Positions 39,430 through 52,490 of a stretch of 64,000 nt of DNA are shown here, one piece after another. This stretch comes from Octopus sinensis (lineage: Eukaryota), in NCBI RefSeq assembly GCF_006345805.1, contig NC_043002.1:51212001-51276000 (forward strand), given 5' to 3'. The translations under genes were made by a program, and so were the position numbers. How positions within the stretch are numbered: the first letter of the stretch is position 1; every line of letters starts with the position of its first letter. Below the pieces are notes generated by a model. The model made no database searches, was not told where the DNA came from, and saw only the letters and a list, made by a program, of their open reading frames with translations.

Positions 39430-39640
39430 TGTAACGTTTGTGTGTCTGTGTTTGTCGCTCCAACATCGATTGACAACTAATGCTAGTGCCTTTGCGTCAC
39501 GTAACATAGAGGTTCGGTAAAACAGATCGATAGAATAAGTACTAGGCTTACAAAGAATAAGTCCTAGAGTCGATTTGCTCTATTAAAAGCTCTAGTATGG
39601 CCGCAGTCAAGTGAGTGAAGTAGGTAAAATGATAAAATAA
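39430..39640 (+). mobile_element. Tail module of the bipartite SINE
   Basis: gtgtctgtgtttgtc..aacatcgattgacaac..gatagaataagtactaggcttacaaagaataagtcc. Confidence 0.8.
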
Positions 39641-39692
39641 TATATATGTATGTATATATATAGATTTATATGTATATGTGTATGTATATACA

Positions 39693-39758
<66 letters not shown>

Positions 39759-39826
39759 TACATATGTGTCTATATATACATGTATCTCTCTCACTATATA
39801 TATACACACACACACACCACACACAC

Positions 39827-39877
<51 letters not shown>

Positions 39878-40115
39878 GAAATATTAAAATTACTAAGTCT
39901 CTTTAAAAGAGATTACGACAGCGTTTCTGGAAATTAATAGTTATCGCCATACTAATATGGCATTCTTAAGAATATAAGAATAAAGCTGTCGCTGATTAGC
40001 TCCATGAAGCCATCGCCTCAAGCTAGCTACTTGACACCCAAACTGCGTCCGTTATTAAACCTTCGAACAGGGGAGGTCAGCCGCTTCAACCTGCTAGTCC
40101 GACAGCTACAGACAT

Positions 40116-40932
40116 GTTAGTTAGTTAGTTAGTTAGTTAATTTGGCTCAAAAGCAAATAGCAAGGCCATGTAGGGGGACATGGAGTTAAGTACAGGGTGG
40201 TGTTCATGTAAAGAGTTCAGGCCACTTGAGGTCTAGGGAGGCTTTGAACAAAGCGGTCGTCGGCATCTTCACCATCTCGTCTGGCAGCTTGTTCCACGGA
40301 TCCGCAACCCGGACGGAGAGCTCCTCTCCTTCGATTGAGATGAAATCGTCGCAGTAGAGCTTTTCGGAATGACCCCGCAGCCGACGCTCTGGAGCAGGAG
40401 TGAAGAACAGCTCTTTCGAGAGATTACACTTTCCGCTTATGATGTTGTTGGCGAGAATGAGATCACCACGGCGGCGGCGTTTTTCAAGAGAATAAAGGTC
40501 GAGCGTCCTCAGCCTTTCTTCGTAGGACAAATTTTTGAGACCATGAACCATGCGGGTAGCCAGCTTCTGGACTCTTTCGAGATGCTTATGTCTTTGAGGA
40601 GATAAGGAGAAGAGCTTGAATCCCATACTCCAATATGGGTCTCACCAGCGTGACATAGAGTGGTAGGAATATGGCTGCTGTGAGTATTCCGAATGACCGT
40701 CGAATCAAGAACAGAATTCCGCGTGCTTTGTTGGCAGCATGGACGCACTGGGCCGAAGGCGAAAAGGAGGAATCCACCAAGATACCCAGGTCCTTTACCT
40801 GATCGGTCCTCTCCAGCAGCAGACGACCCGGCTCGAAATCAAGTTGAGTTGCAGGAGTAGAGCCGACAGGCAGATGACAGCACTTTGACACGTTCAGACA
40901 CAGGTCCCAATCGTTAGACCACATGTTTCAGG
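40116..40932 (-). mobile_element. 3' half of the same CR1/L2-like LINE, opposite orientation
   Basis: WDLCLNVSKC..DLGILVDSSF..RPILEYG; LERVQKLATRMV..LSYEERL; same 3' UTR and (AACT)n tail as 38498-38956. Confidence 0.92.
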
Positions 40933-41110
40933 GTTGTTGCCCCTTCTCAATGCATATATAAATACGTATGTATACGTATATATATATGTATATATACAAA
41001 CATATATATATACACAGATATATACATATATATATGTGGTTGGTAAACAAGCTACTTACCACACAGCCACTCCTGCGCCTATATATATATATATATATTC
41101 AACAACAATT

Positions 41111-41247
41111 GAGGAACGGCCTCAATAGGCCATTCGACCCACTAGAAAGAGCAGCCAGGACTCAAACCGCGAAGTAGTAGTAATTCAGAAATTAAAGGAA
41201 AATTAAAAAACATTTACCCTATTCATCTTTAGACAATGCATTGTTTT
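41111..41247 (-). repeat. Diverged fragment of the family-1 hammerhead repeat
   Basis: ggaacggcc..aataggccattc.acccactagaaa..gaaaattaaaaaacatttaccct homologous to 25880-26016; ends in aaaACAA-TGCA-TTGT-C. Confidence 0.8.
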
Positions 41248-41272
41248 GATATATATTATATATATATATATA

Positions 41273-41306
<34 letters not shown>

Positions 41307-41310
41307 TATA

Positions 41311-41452
<142 letters not shown>

Positions 41453-41639
41453 TATATATATTATATATATAATATATATATATATACATATATATATATA
41501 CATACATATTAGCCGTCTGGCAAAACACACCAATAGAATAAGTACTGGGTTTACAAACGATAAATCTTGGGGTCGATTTCTTCGACAGAAGGCGGTGCTC
41601 CAGCATGACCAAAATAAGTAAAACAATAAAGGACTATGC

Positions 41640-41676
41640 CATTTTAATCGCGAGCAACGCCGGATATCTCTGCTAA
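41640..41676 (+). mobile_element. Helitron 3' terminus
   Basis: gcgagcaacgccggatatctctgCTAA|T resembles 7061-7089; preceded by a SINE tail at 41510-41632. Confidence 0.6.
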
Positions 41677-41792
41677 TATAAATATAAATATATACAATTA
41701 ACGGATAAAATCCTGAAAATTAATAAATTTTATCAGCGGCTAGTATTTAGAAAACATTTTACGTAAAATTCATATATAAAGATATATTATAT

Positions 41793-41916
41793 AGAATACA
41801 ATTATAACTAAGGGCACAGAAGCCGCTATGCCTACATGCTAGAAAGAGACTTGTTCGACGTCTCTTTCTTGATATAGGCACACCAGCTTATGTGCCCTTA
41901 ATCATAGTTGTATTCT
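41793..41916. repeat. Imperfect 124-bp fold-back
   Basis: agaatacaattata..taagggcaca pairs with tgtgccctta..atagttgtattct; inner perfect stem agaaagagac/gtctctttct. Confidence 0.85.
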
Positions 41917-41951
41917 GTATAATTCTTTCTCCCTCTCTTCTCCATATACAT

Positions 41952-42004
<53 letters not shown>

Positions 42005-42066
42005 TCATTGGCGATTTCTTCCTCCGTGTTCCTTTCTATTGTTTGTTCCTCTTTTGGGGGGGGATT

Positions 42067-42097
<31 letters not shown>

Positions 42098-42103
<6 letters not shown>

Positions 42104-42320
42104 GAAAAGGATCCCATCAACTTTAAATGGAGTCTGGATAGATTCCTTCAAGGAATACCAGATAAGCCACCCATAATTGGATACAACTCACCCAACAAAA
42201 ACTTACTACTTAAATGGACCATGAACTTAACTTGACTTAAACAGTATTTAGATAATCCTATCAGGTGGTGCTATTAAGTTAGACATGGCCTGGACCAATC
42301 TTTAGTTGAAACATATGTAA
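42098..42320 (+). mobile_element. 3' end of a CR1/L2-group LINE
   Basis: FKWSLDRFLQGIPDKPPIIGY..N.LLKW*, typical C-terminus of this group. Confidence 0.65.
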
Positions 42321-43070
42321 ATTATATTATATTATATTATATATAATTACTTATTCTACTGATCTTGTATTCTATCGGCGTTGGTTTGTCTGGATGTATT
42401 GTGGAAGATACTTGCCAAAATCGCCGTCCACTGGGACTGAACCCAAAATTATTTGGTTGCAAATTTCTTTACCTCGCAATTATCTTATTTCTTTAAACAT
42501 TTAACACACTGAGTACTATTGGTCGCAAATATATGATGCACAGTCTGCAATAGGTTAAAAAAAACACACCAAAAAGAGTGCGTTAAAGATAGTGGAAATG
42601 GAGAGAGTAAAACGCCATTCCATGAAAAGAGGCTCTAAGTTCAGCATTTGTCTGTCGAATTCTTAACATATACTGTAATCCAGGAAATATGAAGTTCAGA
42701 TAATCGAACATTATTAATTCTCATCATTACAACCGAGGGTGATCCATGGGTTGACTATGGTTATACATTCACAAAAGGAGTATAGGCATGTTGAGATAGA
42801 TTACGATATTCGCTCTTCCCTCGTCATGTGATTCCATGTTCGGTCTTACCATACAACACTTAGGGACAAATTTTTTCTCCCATAACGTTCCCTCCAGTGA
42901 AACTGAGTAAATGGAAACTGTGTTTATCAGTGATTTAAGGGGACAGCTATTTTTCCGTACATAATGTCTCACTGATTCAAGTAGAAGATTGCATTACGTG
43001 TACATTTAACTGTGGAATATTCAACCACTTAGGAAATTTATGAAGTGTTATTGTTCTAACACATGACAAT

Positions 43071-43330
43071 GGAGGCGCATGGTTTTGTGATTAGGGCGTC
43101 GGAGTCATGATTATAAGATTGTGGTGCCGACCCCTGGTCCGGGTGACGCGTTGTGTTCTTGTGCAAAACATTTCATTTCACGTTGTCCATTTCACTCAGT
43201 TGCTAAAAATGAGTAATCCTACGACAGAACGGCGTCCTCCCCTGGGCGAGTATTTACGACTCAAATACCGGGAAACCGGCCTCATGAATCTATGTGGTGC
43301 CGGTAGGATCATTATCCTTTATCCTTTAAA
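43071..43330 (+). mobile_element. Old CORE-like SINE with a distinct tail
   Basis: gcgttgtgttcttgtgcaaaacatttcatttcacgttg..ccgggaaaccggcc. Confidence 0.65.
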
Positions 43331-43907
43331 AAAATGAAAACTCTTATTGGAACTGGAAATTAAACCGCAATTACGAAAGACTTAGAATGATGAATTACAA
43401 AGTGATTTGAGAGAATCGTTAGTTATTCGTACAAAATACCTTGTGGTATTTAATTAGTTACGACTTTTTTTTACGTTGTGAACTGAAATCCCACCGAGGT
43501 CAATACTTTGACATTTATCCTGCAATAAGGTCGATGAAAATAAAATACCAGTCAAGTACTAGGGTCAATTTAATCGGCTTTACCATCAACCAGGATATGT
43601 GGCATTGTGCCAATATTAGAAATCAATAATTAGATGAAAGAATGAGTTTGGAAGACAGTCTAAATGAATATTGTAAACAACGAATCAACAAATTTGTTTA
43701 AGAGGAAATGCAAAGGAACGACAAAATGAATGTTTGTGTTGCTAAAGATAGAGATGGACGGAATTGTTTGAGATATGCTAAAAATTCAAACCAATTTTAA
43801 TCTGAGAGCTGTAAAGATAGACTATGACAGTGATGGATACTTCTGATCAAGAAAGGTCAAACAATTGACTCTTCATCACGTTGAATGTACGCATGAATGT
43901 ATGTACG

Positions 43908-43978
<71 letters not shown>

Positions 43979-45785
43979 ATATATATATATATATATATAT
44001 ACATACATACATACATACATATATATGCATATATGGTTGTTCACAAGATTTTTTAATTTTTTGAAATTCATCTCTTAGACAAGAGGCTAGTTAAACGAAA
44101 CAAAACCAGCCCCATTATTAGAATTTTAAAATTCGATAATAGCAATCTATTATATGCTAAACTTTTATAAAGTCTTGCATATTTGTACTGTTCTGCTTTC
44201 TCATTGGATTTCCAGAGTGCAGGGCATCTCAGCTGTTTATATTTTTCTGTTGCACGACTGTCCACATGTTTTGTTAAAGACTATCAATTATATATTCTTT
44301 AACGTGCTATTCCAGTATTTACAAGTATAAACAAAAATGCACAATAATATTTACGTAGAATTTGACATAATTTGGTCCAGAATGTTCTGCATATCTTTCA
44401 TAACACTGCGCACGTATTCATTTCTGCAACACCATATCAATTCCGTTTTCTACCATTAAAAGTAATGTAAATACTATTGTGAAATTTTGTGTAATACAAT
44501 ATATTTGTGTACTTATCTTTGTAAGTATATATGTTAATACTTACGTTTGTAGGTGTGTATCTATGTATGTATACAGGAATGTATGCATATATTTAAGCAG
44601 ACGGTTGAATGGCAGTCGCTTCATTTCAACGGCATATATAATGCATCGTGATATTTGTTCCAACACTATAGACTCAAAGTTCATATCTCACTGAGGTCAA
44701 CTTTACTTATCTTCCTTTCAAGGTCTATCAGTAAGGCACCAGCCCATAGCTGGTTCTGAACTCTCTCCTTTCTGTGCACCTAACCTGGATATTCCTCTAC
44801 GTAAAAATTGGGAGGGTCGAGAACGTATCTGTGTTTGCTCGTGACTATATAGTATCCTTAAACAATATGCTAAATCATAGTACATGCTGTTAAGTCATTC
44901 AAGATTGTAAGTGATTTCCTTAGTTTTGAGGTGGAATTCTGGTTTAAGCACTCAACATAACCCCTCGTTACTTTTTTCATTGTTTGGAATTTTCAGAAGA
45001 TTTTTGTGCATTTGTGTTCTACACACGAGAATACATACGGTTATGGGAGAAAATTGGGTTTTTTTTTCTTTGTGAGTTAAGGATGATTTAGGTGCTATCT
45101 TTAGCACATCTCATGACCACCTGATAACTTCCTCGTTTCTTTCTCACTCTGATATATATAGATGTTTTTCTATATTTTTCTCCCTACAAACATATTTAAT
45201 GATAATGCACCTAAGGGTGGTCCGTTGCTACGATTTAAGCAAAAAATTTGGACTGTTCATATTTTAAACTGATTTTTAAAAAAACATTCGAAAAAGAGCA
45301 GAGCTTTTAGGATTTGTGAGACAGTGGGGTGCTTAAAAGATTTTAAAAGTATTTAAAATCGTATGAATTCCTCTGCATGGAACACATATTCGCAAAACTT
45401 TTCTGAAAATTTCAAAAGTTATGGATGGTTATATGGGGTGCTTAAACTAGAATTCCGCCAGCTTTTGTTTGTGTTAGTACGTTCATAGGTTAGATTAAAG
45501 AGTCCTTTAAAAATGAAAAATATTTCCTCTGAGACGAACTGTATTATTTCAAATTGTGGATGGTTATATCCTCCACCACACTGCAGTTCTTATATTTGTC
45601 TCTTCAGGTCTATTCTTTCTACGGATTGAATTGCATAATGTTCCCGCCACAGCATCACGAATTACAGGTGGATAAAATCTGCGCGATTTGAACTCCGAAA
45701 GAATATTTCATTGATTATTGTTTAAATTATTTTTATTTACAGTTGCAATATTTAAATAAGAAGCACAAAAGAACAGACTGCTGAG

Positions 45786-45857
<72 letters not shown>

Positions 45858-46840
45858 GTGTGTGAGTGTGTGTGTGTGTATGTATGTATATATATAGGAA
45901 AAGAGAGAGAGGGAGAGATAAAGCAAGAAAAAGGGAGCAAAGATAAACAAAGGTATACTAAATATCATAGAAGATAAATTCTTTTTTTATTGAAATTATA
46001 TTCTCTACGAGAAAAATGTAAACAAATGCCTGGTGGCAGTTTACGGGCAAATCCAAATCCTTAGGGATTGACATATTATAACGAAAAGACAAGACACCGC
46101 TGTGGACACGTATTTCTGCTTTAATCAGCGTTATCAACACATAATTATCCTACCTTGATTCTAGCGGACTTGAGGGTTACACATACACATAAAGTGTAGA
46201 AAATATTTATAGCGTGGGGAAATTCGCATAAAGAGAGAAAGGTCACGGCTGGAAGCCTGACATCGCAGATCTATTTTAGCAAAGTTGACCATGAGCTAAA
46301 CACCAACAAGAACAACTTCATTTTGTCCTGTTTTTTTTTTTTCGTATTTAAATGATTCAGAAACAATAAATATAACAATTGTCAGATATTGGTGCCTGAA
46401 AAGAAAGATATCTGACAGGAGTAGAAAGTAAATGAAAACATTTCGTCCATATTGTTTATAGATATATTTTTTTCGTACGTAGCATATTGTTAGACAGCTT
46501 TTAATATCCTTTTAATAATGGTGCTGGCTGTTTCCTTACAAACCAATAACAACGAAATCTGTCAACGTCTGATGAACAGGGAAAGCTTTAAAAAGTGACA
46601 CGCTTCAAGATTTTTAACAAATTTAGGTGAAATGTGCTGGGGTTTTTTTTCTTCTTGGTTTTGCTGCTATTGCTGCTTGCTGCTGTTGTTGATGTTACTG
46701 TTGTTGCTCATGTCATTGTTTAGCTTCAACTAACCTCAACAGATATATGATTGAAAGAATTCCGGTTGTGACCATTTTGAATTTTTGTGACCACATTTTC
46801 CAATGTACTTATTGTTGTTGTTGAAGCCTAGGTCGATATT

Positions 46841-47041
46841 CTTTTCTACTCTAGGCACAAAGTCGGAGGGGAACAGTCGATTAGATCGACCCCAATACGT
46901 AACTGGTACTTAATTTATCGATCCCAAAAGGATGAAATGCAAAGTCGACCTCGGCGGAATTTGAACTCAGAACGTAAAGACAGACGAAATACGCTAAGCA
47001 TTTCGCCCGGCGTGCTAACGATTCTCTCAGCTCGCTACCTT
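46841..47041 (-). mobile_element. Meta-like SINE with 17-bp TSD
   Basis: TSD aagcctaggtcRatatt at 46824-46840 and 47042-47058. Confidence 0.9.
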
Positions 47042-47521
47042 AAGCCTAGGTCAATATTGATCTAGTACACCTATGATCAACAGATCCACGACTCTCCAGC
47101 CATGAGCATCCCGTTTTTTTTCCACATTTGGAACCACCTTTCTCAGTATGGTTCTTGTTCTTTAAGTCCATATCAACACTGATCCAGTACTCTTATGCTC
47201 CAGCCATGGCCATCACGGCTTTTCCATATGGAAGACCATATTTTCCACGGTATAATCCCATCTACTTCTTGTTGTTGTATTGATAGTAGTTGTTGTGGTA
47301 GTTGCTGAATCTCATGCCAACTCAACCAGATGACATTGATGAAAAGCGTTCCAACCATGACAATGCTCTTTTTTATTCAGACATATAACCTCAGCTCAGC
47401 CCTTCATTGATGTCTTCATTGTTTAGCCCCCAGGTCAACTACGATCAAGGAAACCCTCATTATTACAGCCTTGACCCTTATCTATTTTTCAGTCATACGT
47501 TTCTTGTAAATTTATTCATGT

Positions 47522-47577
<56 letters not shown>

Positions 47578-47602
47578 GCACGCACATACACATATACTTA
47601 TA

Positions 47603-47890
47603 GTGGGGCCGCATTGCCTAGTGGTTCCGGTGTTGTGCGATCGTAATTTCAATTCCTAGACCGGGTGGTGCGTTGTATTCTTAGGCAAAAACACTTCAGT
47701 TCGCGTTGCTCTGTGCTGACTTCTATACCTGACGCATGGCGCACCATGCACCTGTTCAGCAACGTCGATTTAACAGAGGGAATGAGCTAATGTGCGGTGC
47801 GAACACTTGAGCACTATAGACAAATCATTTCTTGTGCAGGTCGTTCGACTAAAGCTGAACACTCATACATTGTCATCGACGGGGAAGTCC
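47603..47890 (+). mobile_element. Old CORE-like SINE with another tail type
   Basis: tRNA-like head, gcgttgtattcttaggcaaaaacactt, unique 3' part. Confidence 0.55.
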
Positions 47891-47897
47891 GTCATAT

Positions 47898-48135
47898 GCA
47901 TGTATGTATGTATGTATGTATGTATGTATGTATGTATGTATGTACGTATGTATGTATGTATGTATGTACGTACGTATGTACGTATGTATGTATGTATGTA
48001 TGTATGTATGTATGTATGTATGTATGTATGTATGCATGTATGTATGTATGTATGTATGTATGTATGTATGTATGTATGTATGTACGTACGTATGTACGTA
48101 TGTATGTATGTATGTATGTATGTATGTATGTATGT
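47898..48135. repeat. (TATG)n with TACG variants
   Basis: Direct inspection. Confidence 0.97.
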
Positions 48136-49476
48136 ATATATGTAATAATATAGATAATATATAAATATATGCATATATACATACATATATGTACATACCT
48201 AAATATATATGTATATATATACATGTATATATGGGTACAGGACATCAAAAAAAAAAACGTCGAACACAATGAGAAACGAAAAAATAAAAACAAAAACATA
48301 GAAACGAACTTTTTTCAAACAACGAAAAAATCAGAGTACAAAACATACAATACAAGGAATATTCCCCTTCTTCTGTTGTCCCTGCTTCACCTATCCGTGT
48401 GTACGTATGTGTTTGTTTGTGTGTGTGTTATATTACACGTTTTCTTATAGGTTGCATGTTCGTTTCGAAGCTCCTTCGACAATTCAAATAATAAAAGTTG
48501 CTTTTTTTTTTCTCATATATTCTACTGAGATTATCGCTTAAATACATACACCTCATATAACCTTCCTTTTTTCTTTTTCCATACAAAAATATAATGTTCT
48601 GCATCATTTGAAAAGATATTTCGTTGCTATTTCTTACAGGCTGTGTGATCGTGTACTGGTTCCTTCGACAGTTTATATACCAAGGGTTTTTTTTTAAACA
48701 TTCTTACAGAGATTATCAATTAAATACAAGGCGACATCAGAGTGTACACTTGAGAGATGATAGCTTTCAAGAATATTACTTGGTTTATGGATTTTGACAA
48801 ATGACTTGATATAATCTAACAAATTTTCATCCATCGCTTTGGTCAGTTTAAAAAATATTTTACTTTATTGTTATGATTTTTATTTTTATTTTCCTTTATT
48901 TTATTTTATTTATTTACTTTTCGTTCTTGACTATGTCGATCAGTCTGCTGGTTTTTATATATATCCATAATTCCGTAGCCATGTCACACAGGATTTCATT
49001 AGTTTCTCTTTTTATTCTTCGTTATTTCAACTGACGAAAGATGTTGATTTTATCACAGGGACTTTTGGAGATTTTTTTATTTTTATTTATTATTTTTTTT
49101 TTCCATTTTTCGTTCATTTCAATTATGATGGTATCTGTTGATGCAAAATATTTATTAACAAGAACTAACAGTAAAAGTGCGGCGTATGAAACATAGTGGT
49201 GTTTCTATTCTGTGTTCGATACTATTCAAGGAGGAGAGTTCGTTTTGAGGCATATTTTAAGACGTCATATATAATTAATTAGAGCTTTATCTGTCAATTT
49301 TCTAACAAATAAATATAAAATTTTACTTTCGATATTTTTACAGTTTTTCAACGTATAGATTACAGCAGACAGTTCTGGCTTTTAGCGAAGAAAACAATTT
49401 TTTTCATTAAGGACTTTTCATTTAGGATTTTTTTCGTCAGGATGGCAGGCTAGAAATTTAGGTATGAAAAAAACAA

Positions 49477-49530
<54 letters not shown>

Positions 49531-49544
49531 TCTCTGTCCCACTA

Positions 49545-49690
49545 AGCAACTTCCTTAGCGGTATTTTATCCGTCTTTACGTTCGGAGTTCAAATTCCACC
49601 GCGGTCGACTTTACCTTTCACCCGTTCGAGATCAATAAAATAAGTACCTGTTGAGCATTGAGAATGGTGTAATCGACTTGCACTCTTCCT
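49545..49690 (+). mobile_element. Meta-like SINE, plus strand
   Basis: gagttcaaattccaccgcggtcgactttacctttca..aataagtacc. Confidence 0.75.
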
Positions 49691-49696
49691 CATGGT

Positions 49697-50200
49697 TCAC
49701 CAGGGTTGTCCCCTCGCCTCACTGTTATATGTGCTGGCTCACCTGCTACTACTGCTCAAGATCTGCAGACGTTGAGGAGCATCCCGCGTGTGGGGCATAC
49801 GTGTCGACATATGCCGACGACGTCACCGTTGTGGTGTCGGAAACCAAACACACGGAGACAATCGGTATGGCTTTCAAGCAGTACGATCGGTATCAGGAGA
49901 GAAAATTAACCAGGAAAATTAGTGGGCTTGTGTTGAGGTTCCTGGAAAGCTAGTCTATGTCATCCAACTGCGTTGTTTGTCGCTGGACGGAAAGACTGGT
50001 TAAATCGCTCGGGTTCTGTTTAGGTCCAGATCTCCAGATAGACAAAACTGGTACGAGGTAGCAAGCAAGGTAACAACTGTTACCCAGGAATCGGCCGAGA
50101 GGAAGCTATCCCTGAAAGATTGGTCAGATATTGTGAACGCGTACATAGCGTGTGTTATCTACTACCGTCTGAATGTTGTGCTTTATTCCGACGCCTGTCT
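49697..50200 (+). mobile_element. Tx1/L1-clade RT fragment
   Basis: QGCPLASLLYVLA; STYADDVTVVVS (~49810); KIN..K; LG..LGPDLQIDKNW; LSLK..VNAYI. Confidence 0.8.
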
Positions 50201-50639
50201 GATGCACTGGTGTGATTGAAGTATCTGAAGACAAATACTTTCCTCAACAACTCAACAACTTACACTTGAAGAGGAAAATTAGGATGAAGAAGGAAGTGTT
50301 GCCTTCCAGAAATCTTGTTAAAAGGTAGATGATTGTGGCGAGCATGGTGCAACAGAGCAGGCCTGTCCTGAGCATACTCGTGTAAATTGGATATATAGAC
50401 CTGATGTCTGGAAATTTGTGGTTTTATAGGGTTTTCCCCTGAGTAACCGTTGGAAATCTCTCCCTACTGAGAAATACCCCTTGTTAAAATTTTATTATTA
50501 CCTCCCTTTTTCCTGAAACCTGTTGACGCGCAAAACTCTGACACCGACACACACGCGCACACATACACACGCACCCAATGTTCCGTCCTATGCCGCCCTT
50601 CATGTAAACTTTTTGTGGTAAATAAAGGAATCATCATCG

Positions 50640-51600
50640 CCGTCATCCTCATCAACGTCATTATTATTATTGTTTTTGTTGTTATCGTTGTTGTTAGTAT
50701 TATTATTGTTGCTGTTGTTGTTGTTATTTTTTCTCTTTATCACAAGCTTTGTTGGCACACATGGAGTTTTGCATCCGTAGCGGGCATACTACCTGCGGCC
50801 TACGTTACCATGCTATCCGTTCTTTTCAGTTATCTAATACATTCCTGATTATTCTGACCGTGCCAAGGAGGCAGACCTTTTGTAACAGTTCTACTGGGCA
50901 CTCTATTCCAATCTCCTTTATATTCCTCTTGATGCCTTCTCATACTGTTCCTAAGGACCCAACAATAATTGGCACCTACCTTCACATTCTTCATTTTCCA
51001 TATCCTGACTATTTTGTACTTAAGTGGGTTGTATATATCTATCTTTTCGCGTTCCATTCAACATCAACTATATAGCATACGTGGTGCACCTCGTCCACCA
51101 CCACCACTAGGTCCGGTCTGTTATGCTCTAACACAACAAATTCGTCTCCGCCAGCATGATTCTTTACTTTCTGTTTGTTCTTTTCTTTTGTACTCAACTC
51201 TATCTGCAGCAGCCATAGCTGCAGCCCAAATAATCTCGTTAGTTTCAGTTATATTTCCCGTCTGGAACAGCCCAAGAAGTGAATCTATCTTTTCAGATTT
51301 ACCTTGGGGCTTGCGTCGATCAACGTGGTGCTTAGTGGGTGCTTGATCCTGGTCGTCTCTAATATATTGGGACAGCACCCTCACTGTGTCTTGTTGGTCA
51401 TCATCGCATTCTTGTGATATAGCTCTTCCTTTTATTTCTGCTTCATTTGCTGAGAATGCATTTACATTTTGCTCTACGTCTTCACTGCCGCCTTTCATTT
51501 TTCTGTTCTCACTGAGCACGTTATCTATTCTATCTTCTATTTCCCTTTTTATCTCTCCTATTTCCATGTCTGTTAACCACCCTTTTGCTCTTATTGCTCT
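50640..51600 (-). mobile_element. R4/Dong-like LINE with the whole RT domain deleted
   Basis: N-terminal TGNITETNEIIWAAA..KESCWRRRI joins near 51137 directly to EHNRPDLVVV..EKID.Y..PIIVGSLG..LLQKVCLLGT; (AAC/AAT)n tail. Confidence 0.75.
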
Positions 51601-51659
51601 TGCCTAGAGGCCGTCTGACAAATTCTTGCTTATTAGAGAAATAATCCACGTTACACGAC

Positions 51660-52490
51660 AAAAACTATGAAGTTTGAGGATAATAGTCTGGTGCTTTGGG
51701 GATACACAAAAAGTTATGGTTCAAGAAAGCTGGTTAAAATTGACGGTATCCTGAATAGTGCCAAATACATCCAGTTACTGAAGGACTATTTCATACCAGA
51801 CTTAGTTGAAGGAGAAATTTTTCAGCATGACGGAGCTCCTTACCACAGATCGCGTGCAACACAACGGAGTCTGGCTGTTTAAGGTTTTATCGTATTAAAA
51901 GATTGGCCAGCTCAGAGCCCTGACTTAAATATCATCGAAACTGCTACTACAAGGAGGCGCAATGGCCCAGTGGTTAAGGCAGCGGACTCGCGGTCGGAGG
52001 ATCGGAGTTTCGATTCCCAGACCGGGCGTTGTGTGTGTTTATCGAGCGAAAACACCTAAAGCTCCACGAGGCTCCGGCAGGGGGTGGTGGCGACACCTGT
52101 TGTACTCTTTCACCCCAACTTTCTATCCTTCTTTCTTCCTGTTTCTTGTCCTCGACTTCCTACGCAACCGCTGAGCCTGGATGCACATTCATCCATCCGT
52201 CGATGCTCTCGGTGTCGGGGGTTGACCTGCTTTCTCTTCTGCGGGTCTTACGAATAGCAAAGGACCACGTTTCGGACTTCTCCCATCTTGCGAGCTCTGG
52301 GACGAAGACCATTCGCTCAACAGGAACATCATCACTGCTACTACAAAATATAATGATTAGGTATGGAAATAACTCCAAGCAAGTCAATGTTTCATCCGTA
52401 AAAAACGCAATGCGAAACATCCACTAATAAGTTGTCAATTAGTAGAAATTTACAATAGTTTAAAGTGACCGAAGACTTTTGCGCGGTGCA
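51660..52490 (+). mobile_element. Tc1 (DD34E-type) 3' remnant interrupted by a SINE
   Basis: VLWG..S.G..KLVKIDGILNSAKYIQLL..FQHDGAPYH..WPAQSPDLNIIE; TIR-like acttttgcgcggtgcagta near 52475. Confidence 0.8.
51953..52333 (+). mobile_element. Young full-length tRNA SINE with 13-bp TSD
   Basis: TSD actgctactacaa at 51940-51952 and 52334-52346; intact A/B boxes. Confidence 0.92.

Noticed and set aside
39895-40112. Hammerhead half-site GAAACG-ctgt-CGTA on the minus strand near 39908-39925
   Set aside because: No CUGANGA/CCGANGA with a matching stem I nearby; kept only as a probable pLTR-family remnant.
45213-45560. Possible DNA-transposon end (taagggtggtccg)
   Set aside because: No matching inverted end or TSD found.
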